Shown: positions 63,780 through 64,000 of the stretch, one piece after another
Numbering within the stretch: position 1 is the stretch's first letter
Layout: each line of letters starts with the position of its first letter
From: Mesotaenium endlicherianum
Taxonomy: Eukaryota
Direction of reading: 5' to 3'
Assembly: GCA_009602735.1 (NCBI GenBank)
Contig: WELA01003449.1
Coordinates: forward strand, 720,692 to 784,691
Length of the DNA stretch: 64,000 nt
Program-made: the position numbers and the translations under genes
Notes under the pieces: generated by a model
The model's database searches: none
Seen by the model: the letters and a program-made list of their open reading frames with translations, nothing else
What the model was told of the DNA's origin: nothing

Positions 63780-63928
63780 ACGGTCACCCAGGTACGGAAA
63801 GTCAACGTTGACTCACCGACCACTTGACTGATTACGTCGCAGTCAGCGGTTATGTCGGTGTCAAGACTACTGGCAAGGGGCCAATGTCAATGTGCCCCAC
63901 ACCCAAGGAGGGGGGAGGTTTTGACAGC
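63780..63928. repeat. Dispersed repeat copy 2 (homologous to 18614-18758)
   Basis: ACGGTCACCCAGGTACGGAAAGTCAACGTTGACT, palindrome 63800-63813. Confidence 0.7.
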
Positions 63929-64000
63929 ATAGACAGCCGTGGGGCTAGAAGCTGGGGATCAGTAATGAGCCGCCCAGCAGGTACCAAGTCAGGTACTGTG

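Overview
Eukaryotic, intron-rich nuclear DNA, most likely from a streptophyte (charophyte) green alga. This is inferred from land-plant-like genes and exon structures, a PebA/PUBS-type bilin reductase, a histone stem-loop and a DNMT-carrying retroelement. 1-5 kb: 3' part of an uninterrupted Ty3/gypsy LTR-retrotransposon polyprotein with a complete C5-cytosine DNA methyltransferase domain, then RT, RNase H, integrase and a C-terminal PHD finger. A PPT and a short putative LTR follow. A non-autonomous Mutator-like element (long TIRs, perfect 10-bp TSD) sits at the putative LTR end. Host genes reconstructed by hand, in order: intronless acyl-protein thioesterase/carboxylesterase (+), NDUFA12 (+), URGT-type nucleotide-sugar transporter (-), chloroplast PNPase (-, ~16 kb, microsatellite-rich introns, 5 assembly gaps, one GC-AG intron), histone H3 (+, one intron plus a canonical 3' histone stem-loop), cytosolic FBPase (-), SPRTN-like DNA-protein-crosslink protease with UBZ finger (-), TraB/Tiki-like uncharacterised plastid protein (+), PUBS/PebA-like bilin reductase (-). 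Most notable: the retrotransposon carrying both a methyltransferase and a PHD finger, the histone stem-loop on an intron-containing H3 in a streptophyte-like genome, and recurrent 10-bp-period micro-duplications clustered upstream of genes. All calls are by eye; no searches were run.
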